Position numbers and translations under genes: made by a program
Notes under the pieces: generated by a model
What the model saw: the letters and a program-made list of their open reading frames with translations, nothing else
Database searches by the model: none
Told to the model about the DNA's origin: nothing
Source of the DNA: an uncultured Candidatus Rokubacteria bacterium
GTDB taxonomy: Bacteria > Methylomirabilota > Methylomirabilia > Rokubacteriales > CSP1-6
NCBI GenBank assembly: GCA_963771355.1
Contig: CAVYTA010000007.1
Location: forward strand, 352,001 to 416,000
Length of the DNA stretch: 64,000 nucleotides
Direction of reading: 5' to 3'
Part shown: positions 39,052-53,696 of the stretch, piece after piece
How the letters are laid out: each line of letters begins with the position of its first letter
Numbering within the stretch: the stretch's first letter is position 1

Positions 39052-39080
39052 GGAACTTTTCGGGGAGGGTATGGTCTAAC
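39052..39080 (+). promoter_or_regulatory. ECF (RpoE-like) promoter motif, copy 1
   Basis: GGAACTTT-N14-GTCTAAC immediately upstream of the ECF sigma gene. Confidence 0.7.
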
Positions 39081-39081
39081 C

Positions 39082-39642
39082 GTGCGTGGTGAGAGTCCTT
39101 CTGAGCCCAGGGAGCTGCTGGACCGGCTACGGGCGGGCCAGACCCGAGCCTTCGAGGAGCTCGTGACAACCTATCAGCATCGAGTGTTCGGGGTCGCGGT
39201 GCGTATGCTCGGCAGCCCGGCCGAGGCCGAGGAAGTGGCCCAGGAAACCTTTCTCCGGGCGCATGGGGCGCTGGCCGAGTTTCGCGGGGACGCCAAGCTC
39301 TCGACCTGGCTCTATGCGATCACCTCGCGCCTCTGCCTCAATCGTCTCGCTTCCGGCGAGGGTCGGATGTCGCGCGCCCGCGCCCAGGGGCTGGACCGAC
39401 TTCCCGCCGCTGAGGGAGGCGAGCCGGGGGCCGATCTCGAGCGGAGCGAGCGCGAGGCAGCGCTTCACCGCGCCATCGCCGAGCTGCCCGAGGAGCGGCG
39501 CATCGTGGTGGTCCTGCGCGACCTCGAGGGTCTCGCCTACGACGAGATCGCCGCGGCCCTGTCGCTGGAGCTGGGCACGGTGCGCTCCAGGCTGCACCGG
39601 GCGCGGCTCGACCTCAAGGAGAAGCTGGAGCGCTTCCTGTGA
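39082..39642 (+). CDS. ECF RNA polymerase sigma factor
   Basis: AFEELV, AEEVAQETF, STWLYAI, LEGLAYDEIA, GTVRSRLHRAR. Confidence 0.95.
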   Translation: MRGESPSEPRELLDRLRAGQTRAFEELVTTYQHRVFGVAVRMLGSPAEAEEVAQETFLRAHGALAEFRGDAKLSTWLYAITSRLCLNRLASGEGRMSRARAQGLDRLPAAEGGEPGADLERSEREAALHRAIAELPEERRIVVVLRDLEGLAYDEIAAALSLELGTVRSRLHRARLDLKEKLERFL

Positions 39643-40800
39643 TGAGCTGCGCGGACAACCGACTGCTCCACTCCGCGCTCCTGGACGGCGAGCTCTCGGC
39701 GGCCGAGCGCGCCCAGGTGGAGGCGCATCTGGCCACGTGCGCCGACTGCACGGCGGAGCTGGCCGCGCTGGCGCGGACGCTCGGGATGCTCCACGCGCTG
39801 CCGGCGGCCCGCGCGCCGCTCGGCTTCGTGGACCGCGTGCTCGAGGCGGCGCGGCCCTTGCCCTGGCATCGTCGCCTGGGGCGACGGCTCTTTCAGCCGC
39901 TGCGCGTGAAGCTCCCGCTGGAGGCGGCCGCGGTGGTGCTGGTGGCGCTCGGGGCCGTGTACGTCTTCCAGAACACCCCGGAGCTCCAGCACGCGGCACG
40001 TCAGGAGCAGCCGGCGTCGGCGCCGGTGCCCGTCGCGCCGCCGGCCACGCCGGCCCCGGCGACTGGACCGGCGGTATCCGGGACACCCGCGCCGTCGGCC
40101 AGCGCCCCCGCGGAGCCTTCCCAGCCGGCCACGAAAGCGGACCAGGTCGAGGCAGGTCGAGAAGAAGGAGCGCGAGAGCGCCTTGTCCGAGGAGGCCCAG
40201 AAGAAGCAGGCGGCAACGCTGGAACGGCGCTCGGATTCTTCCGATGCCTCCCCCGGCGCCAATCTCATGAAGGACGCCGCGCCCGCGCCATCTCCGGTGG
40301 TCGCTCCGCCCCCGTCCGTCAGTCCGCCGCCGATCGCCGCCGCGCCGCCCGCCGCCGCGCCGCCCTCGGAGGGGGCAGCCGCCGTCGCGCCGCCGGCGGC
40401 GCCGGCGCCCGAGGCACGCGACAAGAGGGCGGCCCGGTCCCGCCCCCAGGCCCCCCGAGAAGTCGAAGGCGTCCGGCCCGAGGCAAAGTCGGGAGAGCTG
40501 TCGGCCCGCGCCCCCCAGATGCCGGCCCGTCTCTTCGTGGCGCCGGACGCCTCGGGCCGCTTGACGGTGGGCGACCGCGCCGCGGCGGAACGCGCGCTTG
40601 CCGAGCTCGGCGGGCGGCTGGGTGTCGCCCAGGCCTTTCGCCGGGAAGAGGCGGACGGGGCGCTGATCGAGTGGATGGTGCCGCGCGAGGTCTATCCCGA
40701 GTTCGTCCGCGGCCTCGCCGGCATCGGCCGCTGGACGGCCGATCGTGAGCCGGCCACCCTGCCTCCCCGCGTCCGCCTCCAGATCCGCGTCGGGAGCTGA
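39639..40800 (+). CDS. Zinc-finger (zf-HC2) transmembrane anti-sigma factor, with a +1 frameshift at ~40152
   Basis: C...LDGEL...HLATCADC, TM helix, Pro/Ala linker; C-terminal domain continues in ORF 40183-40800. Confidence 0.85.
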
Positions 40801-40803
40801 CCG

Positions 40804-40832
40804 GGAACTTTCGCCGGCCCGCCCGGTCTAAC
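40804..40832 (+). promoter_or_regulatory. ECF promoter motif, copy 2
   Basis: GGAACTTT-N14-GTCTAAC, identical boxes and spacing to copy 1. Confidence 0.75.
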
Positions 40833-40877
40833 GGGGCAGACACACTCGAGCCCAGTCGAACCGGGAGGACGAAACCC

Positions 40878-42287
40878 ATGAAGCGCAAGCTGGCGGCTCT
40901 CGCCCTGATCTATCTCTTCGCCACCGCGCAGGTCGCGGCGGCGGCCTCGATCCCCATCACGCGCGAGACGCAGAAGGACGTGATGGTGACGATCTACAAC
41001 GGCAATCTCGGCCTCGTGAAGGACCTGCGCGAGATCCGGCTGCCCGCCGGCCTCCACGAGGTGCAGTTCATGGAGGTGGCGGCGCAGATCGATCCCACCA
41101 CCGTGCATCTGCGCTCCCTCACCGATCCCGCCGGTCTCCGCATCCTCGAGCAGAACTACGAGTACGACCTCATCTCGAGCCAGAAGCTCCTCGAGAAGTA
41201 CGTCGGCCGCAAGGTGCGGCTGTACGGCCACGACGGCACGTATCACGAGGCCACCCTGCTGTCGACCAATGGGCCGGTCTACGACATCAACGGCCAGATC
41301 CACCTCGGCCACAACGGCCGCGTGGTGCTGCCGGCCCTTCCCGACAACCTCGTGTCCCAGCCCACGCTGAAGTGGCTGCTGCGCAACCAGCTGGATCGGC
41401 CGCAGCGCGTGGAGGCCTCCTATCTCACCGGCGGCATCACCTGGCGGGCGGACTACGTGATGGTGATCAATGCCGGTGACAACAAGACCGACCTCACCGG
41501 CTGGGTCACGGTGGACAACAAGAGCGGGGCGACCTTCGGCAACGCCGCGCTCAAGCTGGTGGCGGGCGACGTCAACCGCGCCCGCGATGCCCGCCGCGAG
41601 GGCCGGATGATGGACATTGCGGCGAAGGCCGCGTCCCCGGCGTCGGCGACCCAGGAATTCGCGGCGGAGGGCCTCTTCGAATATCACCTCTACACCCTCG
41701 ACGGCCGGACCACCATCAAGGACAACCAGACCAAGCAGCTCACGCTGATGTCCTCCGCGGACGTGCCGGTGAAGAAGGAGCTCATCTATTACGGCGCGCA
41801 GGAGTACTACCGGAACGCCTACGGCATGCCGGTGTCGAACCAGAAGGTCGCCGCCTACCTCGAGATCCAGAACACCAAGGAGAACCGGCTCGGGCGGCCG
41901 CTGCCCAAGGGGAAGGTGCGCGTCTACAAGGCGGACAGCGCCGGCAGCCAGCAGTTCATCGGCGAGGACTGGATCGACCACACCGCCAAGGACGAGAAGG
42001 TGAAGATCAAGCTCGGCAATGCGTTCGACGTGGTGGCCGAGCGCATCCAGAAGGACTGGCGGAAGATCGGGGGGAACCTCTACGAGGTGGAGTGGGAGAT
42101 CTCCCTGCGCAACCACAAGACCGAGGCCCAGACCGTCACCGTGATCGAGCCCGTGCCCGGCGACTGGCAGGTGCTCTCCTCCACGCATGTCTGGGAGAAG
42201 GTCGAGGCCCACACCCTCAAGTACGAGATCGCGGTGCCGAAGGAAGGCGCGGCCAAGCTCACCTACCGCGTCCGGCTGAAGTTCTGA
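40878..42287 (+). CDS. Exported DUF4139 domain protein
   Basis: Signal peptide, VTIYNGNLGLVKD, EQNYEYDL, SYLTGGITWRADY, LKLVAGDVNR, FEYHLYTL, PLPKGKVRVY. Confidence 0.85.
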   Translation: MKRKLAALALIYLFATAQVAAAASIPITRETQKDVMVTIYNGNLGLVKDLREIRLPAGLHEVQFMEVAAQIDPTTVHLRSLTDPAGLRILEQNYEYDLISSQKLLEKYVGRKVRLYGHDGTYHEATLLSTNGPVYDINGQIHLGHNGRVVLPALPDNLVSQPTLKWLLRNQLDRPQRVEASYLTGGITWRADYVMVINAGDNKTDLTGWVTVDNKSGATFGNAALKLVAGDVNRARDARREGRMMDIAAKAASPASATQEFAAEGLFEYHLYTLDGRTTIKDNQTKQLTLMSSADVPVKKELIYYGAQEYYRNAYGMPVSNQKVAAYLEIQNTKENRLGRPLPKGKVRVYKADSAGSQQFIGEDWIDHTAKDEKVKIKLGNAFDVVAERIQKDWRKIGGNLYEVEWEISLRNHKTEAQTVTVIEPVPGDWQVLSSTHVWEKVEAHTLKYEIAVPKEGAAKLTYRVRLKF

Positions 42288-42326
42288 GGATGAAGCCCCC
42301 GGGAGCCCGTGGTACCGTGAAAGAGC

Positions 42327-43754
42327 ATGACGCGATCGCGGTCAGGCCTTCTCGCTCGCCTCCTCGCGTGCGCGGCCTGGGGGACGCTCCTCGCCGGAGC
42401 GCCGGGGCCGGCTGCGGCTCTGGACGAAGCCGGCCGTCTATGGTTGGTCGGTGAGCGGGCCTTCGAGGACAAGCTCCACCCCGTCAGCCGCGTCGCCCTC
42501 GAGCGCCTCATCCAGCGCTACCCCGCCGACAGCAGGATTCCCGAAGCGACCTTGCTGCTCGGCAAGGTCCAGCTGGCCGAAGGCGCGTACGAGCCGGCGC
42601 TGGCCGCCTTCCGTCAGGCCCAGACGCGGACGCCGCCGCCTGGCAAGCCCGAGGAGGCCCGCTTCTGGGAGGCGGAGACGCTCTTCCGCATGGGCCGCTA
42701 TGACGCCGCCCGCGCCGTCTACGAAGCGCTCATCGCCACCAACGCCGCTTCGCCGTTCGCGCCGGACGCGCTGTACGGTCTCGCCTGGAGCCATCTGGAG
42801 CTCAAGCGCCGCGAGCCCGCCATCGCCGCGTTTCGCCAGCTGCTCGGCGCGTTTCCCGAGCACGTCACCGCGCCGTCGGCGACCTATCACCTCGCGCGGG
42901 CCCTCGTGGAGGGGAAGCGCCACGACGAGGCCATCGCGCTGCTGCGGCCCTTCCCCGAGCGCTACCGCGACTCCAAGCTGGTGCCGGACGCGCGCTACCT
43001 CCTCGGGGTGGCGAGCCTGGGCGCGGGGCATGCGAGCGACGGCCTCGCCGAGATGCGCGCCTTCGTCAGCGCCTATCCGGGCCATGAGCTCGCCAACCAG
43101 GCGCGGCGCACCATCGTGGACCGTCTGGTGAAGGAAGGCCGCAAGGACGACCTCGCGCAGGAGTACAAGACGCTGATGGCCCAGTCACCGCGCACCGCCG
43201 AGGGCGTGTACGACGCCGGCTTCATCGCCTCGCGCCTGGGCCGGCCGCGCGACGCCGAGTCCGCGTGGGCCATCCTCCGCAAGGACTTCCCCGACCATCC
43301 GCTCGCCGTGCGAGCCTCCCTCGATCTCGCCCAGAGCGCCTTCGGACGGGGGAATTTCAAGGACGCGGCCGCGCTGGCGCGGGGCGCCGTGAAGAGCGAC
43401 GACGAGGCGGTGCGCGCCCAGGCCCAGCTCCTCCTCGGGGAGAGCGAGCTGAAGCTGAAGCGGCCGGGCCCCGCGCACCAGGCCTTCCTGGCCGCCGCCG
43501 AGGCGGCCGGTACCCTGGATCCCGCCGTGCGCTTCCGCGCCCTGGCCGGCAGCGGGCTCGCGCTGGAAGAGCAAGGGAAGCTCGCGGACTCCGTCCGCTA
43601 CTACGACCAGGTCGCCGCCGATGCGCCCGACAAGGAGCTCCGCGCCTGGGCGAAGGCGCGGCGGACCGCGGTGGCGGCCCAGCTCAAACCCGTGGCCACC
43701 AAGCCCGCGCCCAAGCCGGCCAAGCCCGGCGAGCCCAAGAGCGGCAAGCCGTGA
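42327..43754 (+). CDS. Exported TPR protein (CpoB/BamD-like repeats)
   Basis: Signal peptide; repeats such as YPADSRIPEA, APDALYGLAWS, FPDHPLA. Confidence 0.8.
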   Translation: MTRSRSGLLARLLACAAWGTLLAGAPGPAAALDEAGRLWLVGERAFEDKLHPVSRVALERLIQRYPADSRIPEATLLLGKVQLAEGAYEPALAAFRQAQTRTPPPGKPEEARFWEAETLFRMGRYDAARAVYEALIATNAASPFAPDALYGLAWSHLELKRREPAIAAFRQLLGAFPEHVTAPSATYHLARALVEGKRHDEAIALLRPFPERYRDSKLVPDARYLLGVASLGAGHASDGLAEMRAFVSAYPGHELANQARRTIVDRLVKEGRKDDLAQEYKTLMAQSPRTAEGVYDAGFIASRLGRPRDAESAWAILRKDFPDHPLAVRASLDLAQSAFGRGNFKDAAALARGAVKSDDEAVRAQAQLLLGESELKLKRPGPAHQAFLAAAEAAGTLDPAVRFRALAGSGLALEEQGKLADSVRYYDQVAADAPDKELRAWAKARRTAVAAQLKPVATKPAPKPAKPGEPKSGKP

Positions 43755-46700
43755 GCCGCCCCCGCGCGGGCATCCTGGGACTCGTCGCCGCGCTCGTGCT
43801 AGCCGCGCGCCTCGCGGGAGCCCAGGCGCCGTCGGCCCCGGCCGCGCCCACGGCGCCACCGGCCGTGCCGCCCGCCGTGCAAGGGGACGCCGCCGCGACC
43901 GTCCCGCGCCCCTCGCTGCCGCCGCCCGACCTCGTCGGGACGTTGCGACTGGTGGCTCCGCCGCTCGACAAGCCGGCGGTCCCGCTGCCCACCATCGAGC
44001 TGCCGGCCTCGCCCCAGCCCTTCCCGATGCTGGCGCCGCCGGCGGTGGTGAGCGATCTCGGGCTGCGCCCGTCCGCGCCCATGGCGCCCCCGCGCGCGCT
44101 GGCGTGCAATCCGCTGGGTAGCGTGTTCGGCGTGGCCTCCGAGCAGCTCGAGTGCGGGCGCGCCAGGTACCAGCGCGCCGAGCTCGAGCCGGCGCTGGCG
44201 GAATTCCAGGCGGTGCTGCAGAAGGGGGGCGATCGCGACCTGGTCCGCGAGGCGCGCTACTGGACGGCGGAGAGCCTGCTCCGGCTCGGGCGCCGCGCCG
44301 ACGTGGCGAGCCACTTCGAGATCGTCGCCAAGGAAGATCCCGGGAGCGACATCGGCCTGTACTCGCGACACGCGCTGGCGTGGGTGCTCCTCGAACGCGG
44401 CGAGTCCGCGCGGGCGCTCGAGACCTTCCAGAGCTTTCTCCGCGGCCGCGTGGTCCCGGAGCTGGTGCCCATCGCGCGGCACGGGCGCGCGCTGTCCCTC
44501 CATGCGCTCCAGCGCTATCCGGAGGCGCAGGCCGAGTGGACGGCGCTGCTCAACGGGAGCCTCCCGCGGCCGCTCGCCGCCGAGGCCTCGTTCTGGCTGG
44601 GCGACACGCTGGGTCGTCTGGGCGATCCCGCGGGCGCGGCGCAGCGGCTGCAGGTCTTCACCGCCGCCGGCCCGCAGATCCTCATCGAGAGCGGTCTCAT
44701 GCGGCTCGGGTGGTGGCGCCGCGAGGCGGGTCAGCCGCTGGAGGCGGTGAAGACGTATCGTGGCCTGCTGGCCGCCTATCCCCGCACCGGCGAGGCGCCG
44801 TGGGTGCGGGCGGGCCTGGTGCGCGCTCTCCTCGACCTCGACGACTATGCGGCGGCGCGCGAGGAGGCGCAGCGGCTCCAGGCCTCGGACAAGACGGGCG
44901 CGCTGGCTCTTCCCACCCTCCTGCTCCTGTCGCGCTACGTGGTGGACAAGAATCGCCCCGAAGAGGCGCAGCGTCTGCACACCGAGCTGCTCGGCATGGA
45001 GCTCGGCGCCAGCACGCGCGCCTACGTGCTGGTGCTGAACGGTGAGTCGCTACGGCAGTCGGGTCAGGCGACCGAGGCGCGCGATCGCTTCGACGCTGTC
45101 CGCCAGGCCGGTGCGCCCGCCGTCTTCGGGGGCTATGCCGGCGTGCGTCTCGCCCAGATCGACCTCGAGGCGCGGGAGCTGGCCCAGGCCCGTGTCACCG
45201 CGGAGAACCTGCTCGCCGGGACGCTGCCGCCCGCGCAGCACGCGGCCGCGCTGCTCATCGCGGGGGAGGCCTCCTACGGCCTGCGGGAATACGACCGCGC
45301 GGCGTCCTTCTACACCCGCTACCTCGCCGAGCTGCCGCAGTCCCCGTCGAGCCCGCTGGTGCGGCTGGCGCTGGGCTGGGCGGAGCTGCGCCGCGGGCGG
45401 TTCGCCGCCGCGCGCCAGGAGTGGGAGCGCTTCATCCGCGAGGTTCCGGATGATCCACGCCTGCCCGCCGTGCTGCTCCTCTCCGCCGAGATGGCGGCGC
45501 AGGCAGGGGACGAGCCGGGGGCGCGGGTGCTGCTCGACCGCCTCCTCGCCCGCTATCCCGACAGCGAGCAGGCCCAGGCCGCCACCCTGAACCGTGCCGT
45601 GCTGGCCATGCGGGCGAGCCGGGAGGCGGATGCCCTCCGCGACCTCGACGCGCTCACCCAACGGGCGCCGACCTCGCCGTTCATCGGCCGGATCCGCCTC
45701 ACGCGGGGCGCCGCCCTGCTCCGGGGCGAACGCGTGCCCGACGCGGAGACGGAGTTCCGGAGCGCGCTGCTGGAGGGGGAGGAGGCGGCGCGGTTGGGAC
45801 TCGGCGTGGTGGCCTTCACGCGCGGGCAGTGGGGTGAGGCCACGCGAGAGTGGTTGGCCGTTCGCGATGCCAGGGCCGGTCCCACCGCCACCGCGGCCGA
45901 ATACGGACTGGCCGCGGTCGCCTTCAACCAGGGCCAGCTGGACGAGTTCCGGCGCCTCGCCGCGCCGCTCCTCGCGGGCCCGCCCGATCCCGCCACCACG
46001 CCGGGCCTGCTGCAGGGCATGGCCTATCTGGCCGCGGCGGACAAGAAGTGGACGGAGGCGCGAACGCTCACCCTGCGCATCGCCGACGAGTTCGGCAAGA
46101 GTGGGGCGGCGCCGGCCGCGCTGGCGACGCTCGGCTCCGCGGCGGCGCGGAGCGGGGAATGGCCGGTCGCCCGCGAGGCCTACCAGCTTCTCGCCACGCG
46201 CTATGCCGGGCAGAACATCGGCGCGGAGGCCCGGCTGGACCACGCGGAAGCGCTGCTGCGCACCGGTGCCGCGCCCGAAGCCCGTCAGCGGCTCGAGGCC
46301 TTCGTCAATCGAGAGACGGGCGATCCGCGGCTTCCGCGCGCGCTGCTCCTCCTCGCGCAGAGCTACGAGACCGGCGGCGAGAAGGACAAGGCAATGGACA
46401 TCTACGCGCGCCTGCGGCGGGACTATCCGACCGCCGCGGGTACGGAGCGCGCGGCCTTCAGCCAGGGCCGCCTGCTCCTCACGGAAGGGAAGTGGGAGGA
46501 GGCCCGCCCGCTGCTGCAGCGAGCGCTCGACGACGCCGACCCGACCATGGCCGCCGAGGCCGCGTTCCGGCTGGGCGAGGGCCATCGTGCCGCCGGCCAG
46601 CACGCCGACGCCGCGCAGGCGTACTTGACGGCCGCCTATCTGGCACCGGAGTCAAGCTGGGGCCAGCGCGCGCTGCTGGGCGCGGGGAAATCCTTCGCCG

Positions 46701-46819
46701 CGCTCAAGCAGAGTGACGCCGCGGTCATCGTGTACCGGAAGCTGGCCACCGCGAAGGGTGCGGAGCCCGAGCTGGCGGACGCGGCTCGCAAGGAGCTCAG
46801 GGCGCTCGGCACGAACTGA
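43751..46819 (+). CDS. Large exported TPR protein
   Basis: GTG 43751 overlaps the upstream stop; signal peptide, Pro-rich linker, many TPRs. Confidence 0.8.
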   Translation: MSRPRAGILGLVAALVLAARLAGAQAPSAPAAPTAPPAVPPAVQGDAAATVPRPSLPPPDLVGTLRLVAPPLDKPAVPLPTIELPASPQPFPMLAPPAVVSDLGLRPSAPMAPPRALACNPLGSVFGVASEQLECGRARYQRAELEPALAEFQAVLQKGGDRDLVREARYWTAESLLRLGRRADVASHFEIVAKEDPGSDIGLYSRHALAWVLLERGESARALETFQSFLRGRVVPELVPIARHGRALSLHALQRYPEAQAEWTALLNGSLPRPLAAEASFWLGDTLGRLGDPAGAAQRLQVFTAAGPQILIESGLMRLGWWRREAGQPLEAVKTYRGLLAAYPRTGEAPWVRAGLVRALLDLDDYAAAREEAQRLQASDKTGALALPTLLLLSRYVVDKNRPEEAQRLHTELLGMELGASTRAYVLVLNGESLRQSGQATEARDRFDAVRQAGAPAVFGGYAGVRLAQIDLEARELAQARVTAENLLAGTLPPAQHAAALLIAGEASYGLREYDRAASFYTRYLAELPQSPSSPLVRLALGWAELRRGRFAAARQEWERFIREVPDDPRLPAVLLLSAEMAAQAGDEPGARVLLDRLLARYPDSEQAQAATLNRAVLAMRASREADALRDLDALTQRAPTSPFIGRIRLTRGAALLRGERVPDAETEFRSALLEGEEAARLGLGVVAFTRGQWGEATREWLAVRDARAGPTATAAEYGLAAVAFNQGQLDEFRRLAAPLLAGPPDPATTPGLLQGMAYLAAADKKWTEARTLTLRIADEFGKSGAAPAALATLGSAAARSGEWPVAREAYQLLATRYAGQNIGAEARLDHAEALLRTGAAPEARQRLEAFVNRETGDPRLPRALLLLAQSYETGGEKDKAMDIYARLRRDYPTAAGTERAAFSQGRLLLTEGKWEEARPLLQRALDDADPTMAAEAAFRLGEGHRAAGQHADAAQAYLTAAYLAPESSWGQRALLGAGKSFAALKQSDAAVIVYRKLATAKGAEPELADAARKELRALGTN

Positions 46820-46849
46820 CCCGCCCCGCTCTGGTATCATCGGAGCCCG

Positions 46850-48667
46850 ATGCGAGGCTACGGCGGGCGAATCCTCTTCGTGGACGCGGGCACCGGCGCG
46901 ACGCGGGTCGAGCCGGTGCGGGAAGAGCAGGCGCGGGCGCTTCTCGGCGGCAACGGCTTCGCCGCCCGCCTCCTCGTCGATCACGCCCCGGCCGGGGTCG
47001 ATCCTTACGACGCGGCGAATCCCGTGGTCTTCGCGGTGGGTCCGGTCACCGACACCAGCGTGCCCGGCAACAGCCGGGCCTGCGTCGCCGCGAAATCGCC
47101 GCTCACCGGGCTCTTCTTCGACTCCACCTTCGGGGGCCGATTCCCCGCGACTCTGAAGCGCACAGGCTTCGACGCGGTGGTGATCACCGGCCGCGCGAAG
47201 GAGCCCGTCTATGTCCGCGTGACCGAGGACGGCGCGACGCTCCAGCCCGCGCGTGACCTGTGGGGCCGTACCACGCGCGACACCGTCCACGCCGTGCAGG
47301 ACGTCGAGGGCGCGACCTCGGACGTGATGGCCATCGGCCCCGCGGGGGAGAAGCGCGTCCGCTACGCGGCCCTGGCCACCTACTGGAAGAATCGCGAGGG
47401 CGTGGCGGGCCGCGGGGGCATCGGCGCGGTGCTGGGCGCCAAGAACGTGAAGGCGGTGTCGGTGGCGGGGGCGCGCAAGACCGAGCTGGCCGACGCGGCG
47501 GCGCTCAAGGCCCTCATCGAGGAGCGGCGCGAGCCGATGACCACGGGGACCAAGGCGTTGTCCCTCTACGGCACGTCGTTCCTCGTCAAGCCCATCAATA
47601 CGCTGGGGGCGCTCGGCGCCTACAACCTGCGCCAGGAGACGTTCGCCGACGCGCTTGCCATTTCCGGCGAGGAAATGCACGCGCGGTATCACGACCGGGA
47701 CACCACCTGCCTCAAGTGCCCGGTGGCCTGCGGCAAGCAGTACGAGATCCGCGACGGGGAGCTGGCCGGGCTCAAGGCCAAGATGCCCGAGTACGAGACC
47801 ATCTTCGCGTTCGGCTCCATGCTCGGCAACGCGCATGCGGGCTCGCTCACCCGCGCCAACGACCTCTGCGACCTCCTCGGGCTGGACACCATCACCATGG
47901 GCGTGACGCTGGCCTTTCTCGCCGAAGCGCTGGAGCGCGGCTGGGTGAGCGCGGAGGAGGTCGGCGTGCCGTTCGGCTGGGGCGACTGGCGCGGGATGCT
48001 ACGGCTGATCGAGCAGACGGCCGCGCGCGAGGGCTTCGGCGACCGGCTGGCCGAGGGCTCGTGGCGCCTGGCGGAGTCCCTCCATCCCGAGGCGACCCGG
48101 AGCGTCTACGCGGTCAAGCGGCTCGAGCTGCCCGCCCACTCCGCGCGCGCGCTCAAGGGCCTGTCCATCGGCTACGCCACCGCCACGCGCGGCGGCAGCC
48201 ATCACGACACGCGCCCGACACCGCAATACGCCCCCGGCTTCGACCGGCGCGGCACCGAGGGCAAACCCGAGTTCGCGGTGCGGAGCCAGCACTTCACCGC
48301 CGTGGGCGATTCGCTGGTCATCTGCCGCTTCACCTCGGAGCGGGGCTACGGCCTCTACGTGGAGGAGCCGTATGCGCGGATGGTGCGCGCCATCACCGGG
48401 TGGGACGTCACGGTGGAGGAGCTGGAGCGGGTGGGGGAGCGCGTGATCAATCTCGAGCGATCCTTCAACGTGCGGGAGGGCGTGCGCCGCGCCGCCGACG
48501 TGCTGCCGTGGCGCGTGATGCACGAGCCCATCCCCGAGGGGCCGTCGGCCGGCATGTACTGCCCGCCGGCGGAGCTGTCGGCCATGCTGGACCACTACTA
48601 TTCTCTGCGCGGCTGGGACGCCGACGGCGTGCCGACGCCCGAGCGCCTGATCTCGCTCGGGCTCTGA
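46850..48667 (+). CDS. Aldehyde:ferredoxin oxidoreductase family (tungstopterin) protein
   Basis: KSPLTG, IGPAGE, AGRGGIGAVLGAKNVKA, CLKCPVAC, PEYET, DLLGLDTI, ICRF, YYSLRGWD. Confidence 0.93.
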   Translation: MRGYGGRILFVDAGTGATRVEPVREEQARALLGGNGFAARLLVDHAPAGVDPYDAANPVVFAVGPVTDTSVPGNSRACVAAKSPLTGLFFDSTFGGRFPATLKRTGFDAVVITGRAKEPVYVRVTEDGATLQPARDLWGRTTRDTVHAVQDVEGATSDVMAIGPAGEKRVRYAALATYWKNREGVAGRGGIGAVLGAKNVKAVSVAGARKTELADAAALKALIEERREPMTTGTKALSLYGTSFLVKPINTLGALGAYNLRQETFADALAISGEEMHARYHDRDTTCLKCPVACGKQYEIRDGELAGLKAKMPEYETIFAFGSMLGNAHAGSLTRANDLCDLLGLDTITMGVTLAFLAEALERGWVSAEEVGVPFGWGDWRGMLRLIEQTAAREGFGDRLAEGSWRLAESLHPEATRSVYAVKRLELPAHSARALKGLSIGYATATRGGSHHDTRPTPQYAPGFDRRGTEGKPEFAVRSQHFTAVGDSLVICRFTSERGYGLYVEEPYARMVRAITGWDVTVEELERVGERVINLERSFNVREGVRRAADVLPWRVMHEPIPEGPSAGMYCPPAELSAMLDHYYSLRGWDADGVPTPERLISLGL

Positions 48668-48716
48668 GCCCTGCCCCTTCGGGCGCCCGACCCGAAGCGC
48701 CTCAACGCTCCTCCGC

Positions 48717-48761
48717 TAACTTATTGATTCGGCGGCACTCTTCCCGTGGCATGCCTCATGC
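48717..48761 (+). promoter_or_regulatory. IHF site plus sigma54 promoter
   Basis: TAACTTATTGATT (reverse complement fits WATCAANNNNTTR) 48717-48729; TGGCATGCCTCATGC (GG-N10-GC) 48747-48761. Confidence 0.65.
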
Positions 48762-48789
48762 CTACCGTTGGGGCCGGGGAGGGCAAGTC

Positions 48790-48993
48790 ATGGACTTTCA
48801 GACGGTGCTGACTCACGGGCTCACGTATCTGGCCGCGCTGGCCCTGCCGCTGTGGCTCCTCGGCGAGCAAGTGCTGGCCTGGTGGACGCTCCGCAAGCCC
48901 AAGATCGAGAAGGCCGAGCCGAAGACGCATCTCGAGGTGGTCGAGGACGCGGCGAAAGGGGTACGGGCGAAAGCGGTACGAAGGGCAGCCTAG
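48790..48993 (+). CDS. Small (67 aa) single-pass membrane protein
   Basis: GGGAGG RBS; MDFQTVLTHGLTYLAALALPLWLLGEQVLAWW...RRAA*. Confidence 0.65.
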   Translation: MDFQTVLTHGLTYLAALALPLWLLGEQVLAWWTLRKPKIEKAEPKTHLEVVEDAAKGVRAKAVRRAA

Positions 48994-49060
48994 TTCGGTC
49001 CGCCGACCCGCGGCGGGGGCCACCCTTTCCCGGGCTTGATCTCGTGCCTATACTTCTTGC

Positions 49061-53360
<4,300 letters not shown>

Positions 53361-53377
53361 CCCTCGGCTCTGCCCTC

Positions 53378-53590
53378 ATGCCCCCACTGATCGAGTGCCA
53401 CGCCCACGTGCTGCCCGATACGGCGCTGGCGCGCTTCCCCGACGCGGGCTCGCCGCGCTACGTGACGGCGGAGCGCCGGGTGCTGAGCCGGATGCTGGAG
53501 GCGCAGGACGCCCAGGGCATCACCCACGCGCTGGTGTCGGATTCGTTCTTCGACGCGCAGTATCTTCGATCGGTACGACATCGTGAGTGA
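53378..53590 (+). pseudogene. Truncated amidohydrolase (N-terminal fragment)
   Basis: MPPLIECHAHV (HxH) ... QDAQGITHALVS, then a stop after 70 codons. Confidence 0.6.
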
Positions 53591-53696
53591 CGGCGATCTC
53601 CGCGAGGCGGCCCGAAAGCTCGACGGGCACAAGTCGGGCACAATCCACCCTGGTGTTGTAGAATCCCCCTCCGTAAACGCGTGAAGTTGCTGCGAC

